DNA of 64,000 nucleotides from Phycisphaeraceae bacterium (lineage in GTDB: Bacteria > Planctomycetota > Phycisphaerae > Phycisphaerales > Phycisphaeraceae). The notes beneath the pieces were generated by a model. It made no database searches and was not told the DNA's origin. It saw only the letters and a program-made list of their open reading frames with translations. The stretch spans positions 1,856,001-1,920,000 of the forward strand of contig OY771506.1 in assembly GCA_963674705.1 (NCBI GenBank). The letters run 5' to 3'. How positions within the stretch are numbered: position 1 is the first letter of the stretch; every line of letters begins with the position of its first letter. Below are positions 29,071 through 38,287 of this stretch, piece by piece. Made by a program: the position numbers and the translations under genes.

Positions 29071-30120
29071 ATGTTGGTTAGATCACGGATGGTGTTCAGT
29101 TGGTTTGCCGCGGCCGGCGCCTGCACAGCGATGTGTGTTACGCCGGCAGATGCTGCGCGGTATGCGGATGTACTCGGCTACTTCGAGCCGGGGCAAAACG
29201 TGGATGTTGTCTACGGCTCAGACCCGCTTGAGTTGTATGACAATCCCCAAGCGGCGCTGGGCGGGCCGGGCGTAGAAGTTCCGTTATCGCAGGGCACGTT
29301 GACGCAGATCGTTTCGCTCGGTGGTTGGACGGACGATGCAAGCAGCGGCACAAATGGTCGCACGACCGGCCTGGTTGTGGGGTTCAGCACCGAAGTCTTG
29401 AACGGCGAAGGGGATGACCTGCTCATCGTCGGCAACGCACCCTACGACTTTGTTTTTTACGAGCCGGGCTTTGTTGAGGTGGCGATCGAATCGGATGGCG
29501 GCGGCGCGACAGCAGACGGCTGGCAGGATGAGACCTTCTACCTGCTTAAACCGGGCAATTACGATCTGATTGCAGACCCGCGCACTTCTTCAAACGCGAT
29601 CGGTATCACCACGAATCCCGACTTCAGCCTGAATTACGCTTCACCGTTTGATGATGACAAGAATCTGCCGGGCTACTTTGACATCACAAACGGCGGAGAT
29701 GTCTTCGATCTGGATGACGTGATCGATGCAGCGGGCAATGCGGTTTCGCTCGAAAGCATCGCTTATGTTCGTCTGCGCTCGGTGAGTGATTCGGATTTCC
29801 CGTTCGGATCGTACTTTGCACCGGAGGTGGATTACCTGGAAGTAATCGAGCAACAGGGTGATCTGGATGGCAATCGCTTTGTCGGGCTGAGTGATCTGGA
29901 TGTTGTCTTAGCATCGTGGAACCAGACCGTGCCGGTGGGATCGCTACTTAACGGCGAGTTGACACACGACGGCTTTGTCGGCTTGGATGACCTGGATGTT
30001 GTGTTGGCGAATTGGAATAGCAATACCTCGCCGACTTCCAGCACTGCTGTGCCAGAGCCCGCGGTTCTTACAGCCATGTTCCCGACTTTATTTGTTTTGA
30101 TCTCACGCCGCTCGAAGTGA
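29071..30120 (+). CDS. PEP-CTERM surface protein with BtuH-like (cell-surface B12-binding-type) domain and dockerin-like repeat
   Basis: Signal peptide; EPGQ...VSLGG...VVGF...NGEGDDLLIVGN...EPGFVEV...GDVFDL pattern; GDLDGNRFVGLSDLD repeat pair; VPEP+TM+RR tail. Confidence 0.75.
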   Translation: MLVRSRMVFSWFAAAGACTAMCVTPADAARYADVLGYFEPGQNVDVVYGSDPLELYDNPQAALGGPGVEVPLSQGTLTQIVSLGGWTDDASSGTNGRTTGLVVGFSTEVLNGEGDDLLIVGNAPYDFVFYEPGFVEVAIESDGGGATADGWQDETFYLLKPGNYDLIADPRTSSNAIGITTNPDFSLNYASPFDDDKNLPGYFDITNGGDVFDLDDVIDAAGNAVSLESIAYVRLRSVSDSDFPFGSYFAPEVDYLEVIEQQGDLDGNRFVGLSDLDVVLASWNQTVPVGSLLNGELTHDGFVGLDDLDVVLANWNSNTSPTSSTAVPEPAVLTAMFPTLFVLISRRSK

Positions 30121-30166
30121 TTGAGCGCGATGATAATTTTCTTATTCAATGTTGAGGAGAGATAAC

Positions 30167-30913
30167 GTGAAAACGATCATGATGTTGGCAGTTAGCGCCC
30201 TATTGACACAAAACGCGACCGCGACGGTTGTGGATTTCGACGAGTTGAATCCGGCGGATCGTCCTTTGTATGGCCCGGCCAACCCGGGTTTCGTATCCAA
30301 GGGCGTGACATTGGGTGGCGGATTTTACGGCGGCTGGACCTACTCCAATGACAGCGATACGACAACCGCTGGTTTCACCAACCAGTACGCTGCATACACA
30401 GGTACGGATGTCAGCGGTTCGGGGAATTACGGCATCGCATACAACACATCCATCATCGATCTTCCGGCCGGGCAGACACCCGCTTCCATCCAACTGACAA
30501 ACACAACTTATGCGGCACTGTCGATGCTCGATGGCGATAGCTACGCCAAGCAATTCGGCGGCGAAACAGGTGATGACCCGGATTACTTCGATGTCACATT
30601 CACCGGTTTTGCAGAAGCCGGTGCAACGGGATCTGAAACTGGGTCGGTGACCTTCTGTTTAGCGGATTACACCTTCACTGATAACTCGCTCGATTACGTC
30701 GTGGATACCTGGCAATTGCTGGATCTGTCGCCTCTAGGTAACGCGGCATCGATCTCTTTGAGTTGGGAATCAACAGATGTCGGCAGCTACGGGATTAACA
30801 CGCCGACGTATGTCGCGGTTGACGAATTGGTGTTGGTGCCCGAACCGATGGTGATGACATCGATGTTAGTTGCTACAGGTCTTATTGGGATGCGGCGCCG
30901 CCGCGTCGATTAA
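30167..30913 (+). CDS. DUF4465 (BtuJ-like) PEP-CTERM protein
   Basis: GAGGAG RBS before GTG 30167 (ORF open from 30149); GWTYSN..D.TTAGFTNQY, TNTTYAALSM.DGD.YAK.FGG, W..LDLS.LG, S.D.G.YG.NTP.Y.A.D; VPEP tail. Confidence 0.88.
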   Translation: MKTIMMLAVSALLTQNATATVVDFDELNPADRPLYGPANPGFVSKGVTLGGGFYGGWTYSNDSDTTTAGFTNQYAAYTGTDVSGSGNYGIAYNTSIIDLPAGQTPASIQLTNTTYAALSMLDGDSYAKQFGGETGDDPDYFDVTFTGFAEAGATGSETGSVTFCLADYTFTDNSLDYVVDTWQLLDLSPLGNAASISLSWESTDVGSYGINTPTYVAVDELVLVPEPMVMTSMLVATGLIGMRRRRVD

Positions 30914-30928
30914 CCGTTGAGGCACCCC

Positions 30929-30970
30929 GGTCGCGGTCGGGTTAGTGGGAACCCGACCGCGACCTTTTTT
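30929..30970 (+). terminator. Strong Rho-independent terminator
   Basis: Perfect 15-bp stem GGTCGCGGTCGGGTT/AACCCGACCGCGACC followed by T6. Confidence 0.85.
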
Positions 30971-30994
30971 GTACCGTTCATTTATGAGTGATTG

Positions 30995-31834
30995 ATGACA
31001 GGACAACATAACAACACGCAAGACAGTTGCACGCGAGCGTTCACGCTGATCGAACTGCTTGTCGTGATATCGATTGTTACGGTGTTGCTCGGGATTCTGT
31101 TGCCTGCTTTAGGTAGTGCGCGAGAGACCGGCCGGGGCGCGGTGTGCCTGTCGAACCTGAGGCAACTCGTCACGGCAAACGCTGCCTATGCACAGGATAA
31201 CGGTGGCTACTACGTCCCCGCCGCATTGGATATCTACACAAACAACCTCCAGCGCTGGCACGGCAGACGTAATACGGACGGCTCAGGCACGGACGAGGAC
31301 AAGACATTCGATCCGACACGCGGACCCTTGGTCGACTACGTGGGCTATCAGGGTGAAGTCCGCTATTGCCCTTCGTTTGAGGATCAACTCGATTACGATG
31401 CGCCCGGGTTCGAGGTCGGCACCGGCGGGTATGGCTACAACGGTTCATACATCGGTGGGCGCTGTGATTTGTATGGCACCAACGGCAAGTCCGCGCTCAA
31501 TACCGCACGAGTGGATGATGTCACGCTGCCAACCGAGACGGTTATGTTCACCGATGCAGCGTTTTATAAGATTGTTTCGGGACAGACGAACATCATCGAA
31601 TATTCATTCGCCGAAACGCCTTTCGTACAGCAATTCCCTACCGAGGTCTCGACTTGGAGGCATTCACCATCGATCCACTTCAGGCATCACACCAGCACAC
31701 ATGCTGCCTGGGGCGATGGGCACGTTGATTCACAAGCGATGGACTTCACGCACCCACTGTTCGAAGATTTTTATAAGAACCTGGGTTTTGGCTGGTTCGG
31801 ACCCGAATCGAATGAGCTGTTTGACCTGTATTGA
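30995..31834 (+). CDS. Prepilin-type N-terminal cleavage/methylation protein, DUF1559/H-X9-DG family
   Basis: [39 protein letters not shown]-terminal [12 protein letters not shown]. Confidence 0.92.
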   Translation: MTGQHNNTQDSCTRAFTLIELLVVISIVTVLLGILLPALGSARETGRGAVCLSNLRQLVTANAAYAQDNGGYYVPAALDIYTNNLQRWHGRRNTDGSGTDEDKTFDPTRGPLVDYVGYQGEVRYCPSFEDQLDYDAPGFEVGTGGYGYNGSYIGGRCDLYGTNGKSALNTARVDDVTLPTETVMFTDAAFYKIVSGQTNIIEYSFAETPFVQQFPTEVSTWRHSPSIHFRHHTSTHAAWGDGHVDSQAMDFTHPLFEDFYKNLGFGWFGPESNELFDLY

Positions 31835-32353
31835 TCAGTCCGACTCGGCGGCTTTCAGCTTTTCTTTCGGTGGGAGAGTGATCAGGTCACTATCCTCAAA
31901 CAAATGTACTGTGCCGTCCCCGGTGGTTTCTACACGCGGCCGTAAGCCGTGCAGCCACAAGTACAGCGTGCCGTCATGCTTGGTTGCTCTTTCACGGATC
32001 AGCACCGCATCGGGCTTGCCGTAGTTCTCGGGTAAATACTCGTAGTCGGGACCCAGTAAGCATTTATCAAAAGCCATCGCCCCGGTGTCGTGATTGATCA
32101 GTTCTTCCAAGCTCTGCGGTGGTCGACCCACTTCATTTTTAAATGCGATGATGTAGCCCAGTAAATTTCTTTGGTGATGAGCACAGTCGTACACATCCTG
32201 TACAGCACGCCCGCTCGCAGAGTCGCTTTCAAACAGGTTTAGTACATCCACCGGTGTCCAGAACAGGTAAAACTTCAACCCCACGAAAAACAGTACTACG
32301 ACAATAATGCTGCTCAGAGCAATACGGCCCCAGTATCGTTTTCGCTCGTGCAT
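31835..32353 (-). CDS. Membrane-anchored hypothetical protein with pseudopilin-like body
   Basis: N-terminal TM segment; CAHHQRNL...PPQSLEEL...C...YEY...KHDG resembles the body of DUF1559/GspG-type proteins but has no prepilin cleavage site. Confidence 0.6.
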   Translation of the reverse strand: MHERKRYWGRIALSSIIVVVLFFVGLKFYLFWTPVDVLNLFESDSASGRAVQDVYDCAHHQRNLLGYIIAFKNEVGRPPQSLEELINHDTGAMAFDKCLLGPDYEYLPENYGKPDAVLIRERATKHDGTLYLWLHGLRPRVETTGDGTVHLFEDSDLITLPPKEKLKAAESD

Positions 32354-32485
32354 GCCTAACCTTAGATCAAACAATGACCCGAAGCAATAGAGATGTATCT
32401 GTTTTGCGGTTTCCCTGGAATCAATGGATGGCATCAAAGTGAGGCGCCTGCTGCGCTTGGATTGAGAACGCTCTAATTGGTTTTA

Positions 32486-32941
32486 TCAATTTTCAATAGA
32501 TAAGAACGTGGCTTCAGCGTCGGCGAGCAGGTCATCATTAAAACGCAGTTCAGCCTTAAGCTGATGGCGTTTGCCATCGGTGTCCTCTAGCCACGCACGG
32601 ACTTGCAGTGCTTGATCGATTGGCACGGGTCGGCGGAAGCGTGTGTGAAGCACGGCGGTGACAGCCTTTGTGTTCTGTGCAAACAGACACTGCGTCATCG
32701 CGCCGTCCAGTAAGGCGCTGACGATCCCGCCGTGCAATTGACCTGTGAAGCCGGCCATCCAGGGCTTGGGCTCGAATCGTGAGCTGACGCCGCCGTGATC
32801 GTCTGCCTTGCAGTTGAGATTCAGGCTGAACGGGTTGGCAGGATCACAGACCACGCATGCGGGGTGCTGCGTCTGGCGATGATGATCCAGTGCTCGCTGG
32901 CGATCTTGCTTAGTGTCGGCAGTGTTTGTGCTCGTGTTCAT
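32486..32941 (-). CDS. PaaI-family hotdog-fold thioesterase
   Basis: CVVC..NPFSL, GFTGQLHGGIVSALLDGAM, TAVLHTRFRRPVP. Confidence 0.88.
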   Translation of the reverse strand: MNTSTNTADTKQDRQRALDHHRQTQHPACVVCDPANPFSLNLNCKADDHGGVSSRFEPKPWMAGFTGQLHGGIVSALLDGAMTQCLFAQNTKAVTAVLHTRFRRPVPIDQALQVRAWLEDTDGKRHQLKAELRFNDDLLADAEATFLSIEN

Positions 32942-33278
32942 GATCGGCACACGCGTTGGGGTGTTCTGCTTCGGGATTAGCCAGGTAATGGCGTACGGCA
33001 TCCTCGGGGGTTTTGCCCGAGTGTCCGGCCGAAACGGTGATGCCGTATTCCGACAGACGCTGTTGGGCTCCGCCACCGATCCCACCGGCGACGACACATT
33101 GTACGGCCATTTCATTCAGCCAGTTGGGCAGGCTTTCACAGCCGGAGGCGTTGCGTGGAACGATCCGTGGCCGTTCTATAGTCCCGGTTTCAGGATCAAC
33201 CTCGCACAGGAACACACTATCACACTTGCCGAAGTGAGTACAGAATTGGTCTTGGATTACGGGCGCAGCGATCAGCAT
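32910..33278 (-). CDS. NifB/NifX-family metal-cluster-binding protein with His-rich tail
   Basis: AAGGAA RBS; HFGKC, VVAGGIGGGA, LSEYGITV; tail CADHEHEHKHCRH. Confidence 0.85.
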   Translation of the reverse strand: MLIAAPVIQDQFCTHFGKCDSVFLCEVDPETGTIERPRIVPRNASGCESLPNWLNEMAVQCVVAGGIGGGAQQRLSEYGITVSAGHSGKTPEDAVRHYLANPEAEHPNACADHEHEHKHCRH

Positions 33279-33296
33279 GGCAAATTCCTTGGGGGG

Positions 33297-33323
33297 GATA
33301 CATCTATATATAAATAGTGTATC
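33297..33323. promoter_or_regulatory. Putative NikR-type operator upstream of the NifX-family gene
   Basis: GATACAT-N13-GTGTATC inverted repeat (6/7 match) with an AT-rich spacer. Confidence 0.5.
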
Positions 33324-33398
33324 AGTCTTAGATGGTCTCGGACGGGGCAGTTCTGCCCGACCTGCGATTGTCTCGCAGCGCAAGGCTGATGCCCCAAT

Positions 33399-33818
33399 TT
33401 ACTGCCGCAGTGACTTGCCGGTGGTTCCCGCTGAGAGTTTGGCAAGCAGCACACCTTTTTCCCGGCGGAGGCGATCCGCCAGGGCCTGGATCTGGTTCCC
33501 CTTGCCCTTGACCATAATCATTTCGGCACAGAGGTGCTCATCCAGGTGGACGTGCGTCGTCGCTAGGACCTTGCCGATGAAGTGGTGCTGGGAGTGGGTT
33601 AACCTGGCGCTGAGCCCGGGGGCATGGTGGTCGTAGATCAGCGTGATCGTGCCCAGCAGGACCTTGTTGGACTGCCACTCATCGTCGACCAGTTGATTGC
33701 GGATCAGGTCGCGGATGAATTCCGAACGGTTGCGGTAGTCACTTTTACCGACCGCTTTTTCCAGCTTATCGAATAACGATTGCTCGATAGAGACGGTGAA
33801 TCGCACCAACTCTGACAT
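33399..33818 (-). CDS. nikR: Nickel-responsive regulator NikR
   Basis: RHH domain LVRFTVSI...YRNRSEFIRDLIR; GTITLIYDHH; HVHLDEHLCAE Ni-binding site; AAGGAG RBS. Confidence 0.95.
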   Translation of the reverse strand: MSELVRFTVSIEQSLFDKLEKAVGKSDYRNRSEFIRDLIRNQLVDDEWQSNKVLLGTITLIYDHHAPGLSARLTHSQHHFIGKVLATTHVHLDEHLCAEMIMVKGKGNQIQALADRLRREKGVLLAKLSAGTTGKSLRQ

Positions 33819-34018
33819 CGCAGGCTCCTTATACCGGATGAGCGACATCGTAGGAGATAAGCAGCCCGCGTCAATACTAAGTTAAAGCTTTTCTAAACTA
33901 TGCGGGGGTTTTATGCCGGGCAAATGTATTTGAATGTTTCAAAAGTATTGGTGACGCACACCCGAGGTATGCCCTGCGCGAAGTAACAGATGAAGTAACA
34001 ATACTTTTTGGAGCCGTT

Positions 34019-34618
34019 CTAGATAATTGTCGCTTCCAGAAAGAACAGGTCTTCACGATCAATCCGTTGCACTTGCTGGAGACGGGCTTGCTCCAGCAGG
34101 GGACGCCATTCATCGCCGACCGGCAGCAGGTCGCCCTGCACTGGGCCCTCCATACCGGCATGGAAGCTGTTGATATGGTCGCTGCCTGCCAGGTGCATGA
34201 CGATGAGTCGGCCGTCACCCGTCAGAGCACGTGAGCAATTCCGTAACGCGGCCGCCTGATCCCTGAAGTGCGGGAAACTATGCAGGCACAAAATGGTGTC
34301 GAAGCAACGGATACCGGGCGGATCCAGGCAGATATCCATGCACTGAAAATCGGCATCGATCTGTTTATCCACCGCCTGGATGATCATTTTTGGAGAAAAA
34401 TCGATCGCGGTCACACGACCCGGGGCAACCTGGCTAGCCAACCAGCTAGTGGTTTTCCCTGTGCCGCAGCCGACCTCGAGCAGGTCCGTGTCGGGCTTCA
34501 GATTTAACAGTTTTCTTTGCTTGATCAGGCCTTCGGTCATCGAGTCCCTGGAAGGATGGATGCCGTCCCATCCCTCAGCAAGGCCGTCAAAAAACGCGAT
34601 GCGGGGGTCAGAATTCAT
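34019..34618 (-). CDS. Class I SAM-dependent methyltransferase
   Basis: FFDGLAEGWD, LEVGCGTG, IDFSPKM, SFPHF. Confidence 0.88.
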   Translation of the reverse strand: MNSDPRIAFFDGLAEGWDGIHPSRDSMTEGLIKQRKLLNLKPDTDLLEVGCGTGKTTSWLASQVAPGRVTAIDFSPKMIIQAVDKQIDADFQCMDICLDPPGIRCFDTILCLHSFPHFRDQAAALRNCSRALTGDGRLIVMHLAGSDHINSFHAGMEGPVQGDLLPVGDEWRPLLEQARLQQVQRIDREDLFFLEATII

Positions 34619-34674
34619 ACGATTTTGAAATTTGTAATACTGGAAGGATAACACTAATATACAGATCGTATGAT
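34614..34674. promoter_or_regulatory. Two tandem putative NikR operators in the divergent promoter
   Basis: TTCATAC-N13-GTAATAC (34614-34640) and ATAACAC-N13-GTATGAT (34648-34674); half-sites resemble GTATGA/GTGTTA NikR half-sites. Confidence 0.6.
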
Positions 34675-34740
34675 CTTTTATGTGCCCGGGCAAACCGTGT
34701 CGTTTTACCCGGGCACTTCACGCCCGGGAAGGAGAAACCG

Positions 34741-35985
34741 ATGCCCCGCTGGATGATTGCCATTCTTATATCTACCACCATCCTCAGCCAGTCTGTTATC
34801 GCTTTTGCGGATACGGTTTGGGACACGGTGCCTTACATCACCCACAGCGAATACCAGGCCGTCAACGCAGACGGAAGCGCCGCTTACGACGGCACATTCC
34901 CCGTTCGTCTGATTGGTGTTGTCTTGAACAATACCGAAGACTGGCTCGACCCGACGCCAGGCTATACCTCCAGCTACGTCGCTTTCGCCATGGGCGGCCA
35001 GGCGGAGGTTTACTTCCAGGCGGTTGATCTCGACGGAACCGCATGGGACACCGACACGACTTCCGCATTCAATGACCACGGCGGAACCGCCGCATGGATG
35101 GGGCAGAACTACGGCAACCGGCCTTTCATCGGCGACCCCGCGTTTAACTACACCGATGCGCAGTGGACCAGTGAGCTTGCGCGTCTCGGTTTGTATGGTG
35201 GTGACGGTGTGACCGAACCGCTGCGCGCCGGGGACTTGATCGAAGTACGCATCAGAGCCGGCCTGCACTACGCCGGCAAATACAACGTCAATGAACAACA
35301 CTCCATCGATCCGTCCGTCGACTTCGAGATCGTCGTGCTTCAGCAAGGCTACGGCCTGCCCGATGCGACACAGATCACGCTCAGCGATCTGAAGGACGCG
35401 AACGACTTGTTCATCTTCGACTCAACGCGTCAGAGCGGTGGCGAGTTGTACCAATCAACGTTGGTCGAACTGCAGGATGTCTGGATCCAATCAGCAGCAA
35501 CCTGGCAGACGGATAGCACGCTTGTCGTGACCGATGGCGTCCGGACCTTCGATGTTCAACTGTGCCTCAACGATAGCTTCGATGGCACGGAATTGTTCGC
35601 CGTGGGCGAGCACTTCAACGTCACCGGCATCCTCGATCAGTCAGCCAGCAGCGGTGTATACAGCACCGATGGTTACCAGTTGCTGGTTATGAACGCTGAC
35701 AGCTTCAGCGCCGCCGCTTTGAGCGGTGACTATAACGATGATGGTTTCGTAGGTCTCGGCGATCTGGACATTGTGCTAAGTCACTGGAATCAGACCGTTA
35801 CGCCGGGTGATGTGCTCGGTGGCGATAGTAGTGGTGACGGTTACGTCGGATTGGATGATCTGGATCCGGTGCTGGAAAACTGGAACGCCGGCACGCCACC
35901 AACTACAACAGTTGTACCGGAACCCGCGACAGCGTTGTTTTTGCTAGCAGCATCCATCGGTGCGCTGCGTCGACGCCGATCCTGA
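34741..35985 (+). CDS. PEP-CTERM surface protein with unknown N-terminal domain(s) and dockerin-like repeat
   Basis: AGGAGA RBS; signal peptide; GDYNDDGFVGLGDLD and GDSSGDGYVGLDDLD repeats; VPEPATALFLLAASIGALRRRRS. Confidence 0.85.
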   Translation: MPRWMIAILISTTILSQSVIAFADTVWDTVPYITHSEYQAVNADGSAAYDGTFPVRLIGVVLNNTEDWLDPTPGYTSSYVAFAMGGQAEVYFQAVDLDGTAWDTDTTSAFNDHGGTAAWMGQNYGNRPFIGDPAFNYTDAQWTSELARLGLYGGDGVTEPLRAGDLIEVRIRAGLHYAGKYNVNEQHSIDPSVDFEIVVLQQGYGLPDATQITLSDLKDANDLFIFDSTRQSGGELYQSTLVELQDVWIQSAATWQTDSTLVVTDGVRTFDVQLCLNDSFDGTELFAVGEHFNVTGILDQSASSGVYSTDGYQLLVMNADSFSAAALSGDYNDDGFVGLGDLDIVLSHWNQTVTPGDVLGGDSSGDGYVGLDDLDPVLENWNAGTPPTTTVVPEPATALFLLAASIGALRRRRS

Positions 35986-35999
35986 ATTGAGTTTATGCC

Positions 36000-36644
36000 A
36001 TGAAGCCCCGGCCCGCCCAACACGGCTTTACGCTCATCGAGCTGCTTGTGGTCATCTCGATTGTGGCGCTACTGATCAGCCTGTTGCTGCCCGCCTTATC
36101 CGGCGGGCGGCGGGCGGCGGTGCGTGTCCGGGCACACGCGGACCTGCGCTCGATCACCCAGGCGCTTGAGGTCTATCGCAACGATAACAAAGACGATCTG
36201 CCGCCAACCCGTTTTTCATGCAGTTCGCGGACCGCGTACGAGTTGCCGATCGAGCTGATGCAGTACCTGCCGGACAGGAAGCGGGACCTGGTTGATATCA
36301 TCGAGATGCCCGATGTGTACAGCGAAAAGGGTGAAAGCTACCGCTACCGTGCGGTGGGTGATGCGATCCTCAATGAGTACACCTGGCTGAAGAACAGGGC
36401 CTCGCTTTGGGTGCCGGACGGTTTCCCTTACGATGAGCAGGAGACCGGTCAGTATTACTATGACCCGCAGCAGAGCCCCGTGCGTTACGCGGTGTACAGC
36501 CCCGGGCCCGACCCGGGCTCGACGTTCTTCGATATCCCCGGCCGACTACCCGTACCCGAAAAGTACTGGTTGCGGAGCCAGTCTGATGCCGGTGTTGTGG
36601 TGCATATGGAAGACCAATACAGACAGATGCACCTGAGCCCGTAA
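36000..36644 (+). CDS. Type IV prepilin/GspG-like protein
   Basis: [33 protein letters not shown]...LP; YAVYSPGPD. Confidence 0.88.
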   Translation: MKPRPAQHGFTLIELLVVISIVALLISLLLPALSGGRRAAVRVRAHADLRSITQALEVYRNDNKDDLPPTRFSCSSRTAYELPIELMQYLPDRKRDLVDIIEMPDVYSEKGESYRYRAVGDAILNEYTWLKNRASLWVPDGFPYDEQETGQYYYDPQQSPVRYAVYSPGPDPGSTFFDIPGRLPVPEKYWLRSQSDAGVVVHMEDQYRQMHLSP

Positions 36645-36656
36645 GTAGAGATCGTT

Positions 36657-37478
36657 ATGTTCAGCGCCGGCCGTTTTCTTCTGTTACTCCTGTTTCTATG
36701 TTCATTGCTTGGCTGCGGTGACCAGGCTCGACAGCCCGCCACGGACTTTGTGGTGACCAGTTCCTATCTTGAATGTGCATTGAATGATGTGCTTGGTAAG
36801 CAGGCTGCTTGCCTCAGGCTCGCGGAGCCCGGCACGTGCCCGGGGCATTTTGATATGCGGCCGAGCCAGTTGCAGGCGATCCGCGAGGCGCGGTTGCTGC
36901 TGAGGCTGGACTTCCAGGCCTCGCTCGATCGTAAGCTGGCGGACCTGCCCGGCAGCGACCTGAAGATCGTCGCCGTTCATATCGATGGTGGCGTGTGTGA
37001 GCCCGCCAGTTATATGCAGGCATGCAAGCAGGTCGCCGATGCACTGGTCGATTGTGGTTTGCTGTCGGCTGAAGCGGCCGAGCATAGATTGATGGAGATC
37101 GAGCAACGTCTGGCGGAGCGTCAGGCTGATTGGCTGAAGCAGATGGAGCCGTTGCGTGGGACGCATATCGTGACCAGCACGCACCAGGAAAGGTTCTGCC
37201 GCTGGCTTGGATTGGAAGTTGTCGGCACGTTCAGCGCGATGGACAGTGCCCGCGTCGGAGAGGTCAACGACACCATCGTGGCCGGCGACCGTGAAGGGGT
37301 GAAGCTTGTCATCGCCAATCACCCGGAAGGCCGTACCGCCGCCGACGCCTTGGCACACCGCCTGGATGCGAAGGTTTGCGTCTTCAGCAACTTCCCGTTG
37401 ATGCGTGACGGGCAGGATACATTCGATGCGATGATCCAGGACAACATCACAGCTCTGTCCAAGGTAAGCCAGCCTTGA
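36657..37478 (+). CDS. Metal ABC transporter substrate-binding lipoprotein (ZnuA/TroA-like)
   Basis: Lipobox LLGC; CPGHFDMRP; STHQERF; first of three adjacent ABC genes. Confidence 0.8.
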   Translation: MFSAGRFLLLLLFLCSLLGCGDQARQPATDFVVTSSYLECALNDVLGKQAACLRLAEPGTCPGHFDMRPSQLQAIREARLLLRLDFQASLDRKLADLPGSDLKIVAVHIDGGVCEPASYMQACKQVADALVDCGLLSAEAAEHRLMEIEQRLAERQADWLKQMEPLRGTHIVTSTHQERFCRWLGLEVVGTFSAMDSARVGEVNDTIVAGDREGVKLVIANHPEGRTAADALAHRLDAKVCVFSNFPLMRDGQDTFDAMIQDNITALSKVSQP

Positions 37479-38287
37479 ATACGCCGGCCATTGATATCCA
37501 GGGTTTGCGTGTCCACGCGGGGCAACGGCCGATCCTTTCGATCGACAGACTCGAAGTCGATGCGGGCGAACTGATCGGCGTGCTCGGCCCCAACGGTGCA
37601 GGCAAGACGACGCTCTTGCGGAGCATCCTCGGCATGCAGCGACACATCGAAGGGGCTGTGGGCGTGAATGGTTCATCGATGGTTGATACACCCGAAAGTC
37701 TGCGGGCCAAGGTTCGCAGGCGCATCGGTTATGTCCCGCAGTTATTACCTGTCCCAAGTGAAACACCCTTGACCGTGCGCGATGTCATCCTGCTCGGTAG
37801 AAGTTCCGCCAAGGGCTTTTTCCGTACGACCGACAGGCAGGACAGGCTGGCGGTGGAAACGTGGATCGAACGTTTGAACCTGTCGTCGCTGGCGGATCGT
37901 GGTTACGGCGAAGTCTCCGGCGGTGAGCAACGCAAGACCTTGATCGCCCGCGCGATGGTGCGCGAACCCAGCCTGATGCTGCTGGATGAACCGACTGCCA
38001 ACCTCGACCTTGGCTGGCGTGAACAGATTGTTAACCTGATCGATCAACTGCATCACGAATACAACATCACGGTTCTGCTGGTCTGCCATGAGCTTGAAGT
38101 CTTGCCCGCCGGCTGCTCGCGTCTGATTCTGCTGGAGACTGGCGCGATAGCCGACGAGGGATTGCCGCAAACCGTGCTGACATCGCAGATGGTCGAACGA
38201 TTCTATGGGCCCGGCCTGGTGCTGCAGCAGCAGGGCAGGCGTTGGGCGGTGGTTCCGGATGCGAAAGTGGGGGCGTCGCATGCTTGA
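37475..38287 (+). CDS. Metal ABC transporter ATP-binding protein
   Basis: GPNGAGKT, IGYVPQ, VSGGE, LLDEPT, H-loop; TTGA overlap with the binding-protein gene. Confidence 0.92.
   Translation: MNTPAIDIQGLRVHAGQRPILSIDRLEVDAGELIGVLGPNGAGKTTLLRSILGMQRHIEGAVGVNGSSMVDTPESLRAKVRRRIGYVPQLLPVPSETPLTVRDVILLGRSSAKGFFRTTDRQDRLAVETWIERLNLSSLADRGYGEVSGGEQRKTLIARAMVREPSLMLLDEPTANLDLGWREQIVNLIDQLHHEYNITVLLVCHELEVLPAGCSRLILLETGAIADEGLPQTVLTSQMVERFYGPGLVLQQQGRRWAVVPDAKVGASHA

Noticed and set aside
28530..29126. 198-aa minus-strand ORF and other ORFs over this region
   Set aside because: They overlap the cobalamin riboswitch and have Arg/Pro-rich, non-protein-like composition.
32910..33278. Evidence for nitrogen fixation
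   Set aside because: NifB/NifX-family domains are widespread outside nif clusters, and no nifHDK is present.
33941..34008. AAAAGTATTG/CAATACTTTT inverted repeat upstream of nikR as a NiCo riboswitch
   Set aside because: Only a 10-bp AT-rich stem; I could not identify the four-way junction or conserved NiCo nucleotides.
30995..36644. Type II secretion or type IV pilus machinery locus
   Set aside because: Only isolated prepilin-like genes; no secretin, assembly ATPase, platform protein or peptidase in the window.
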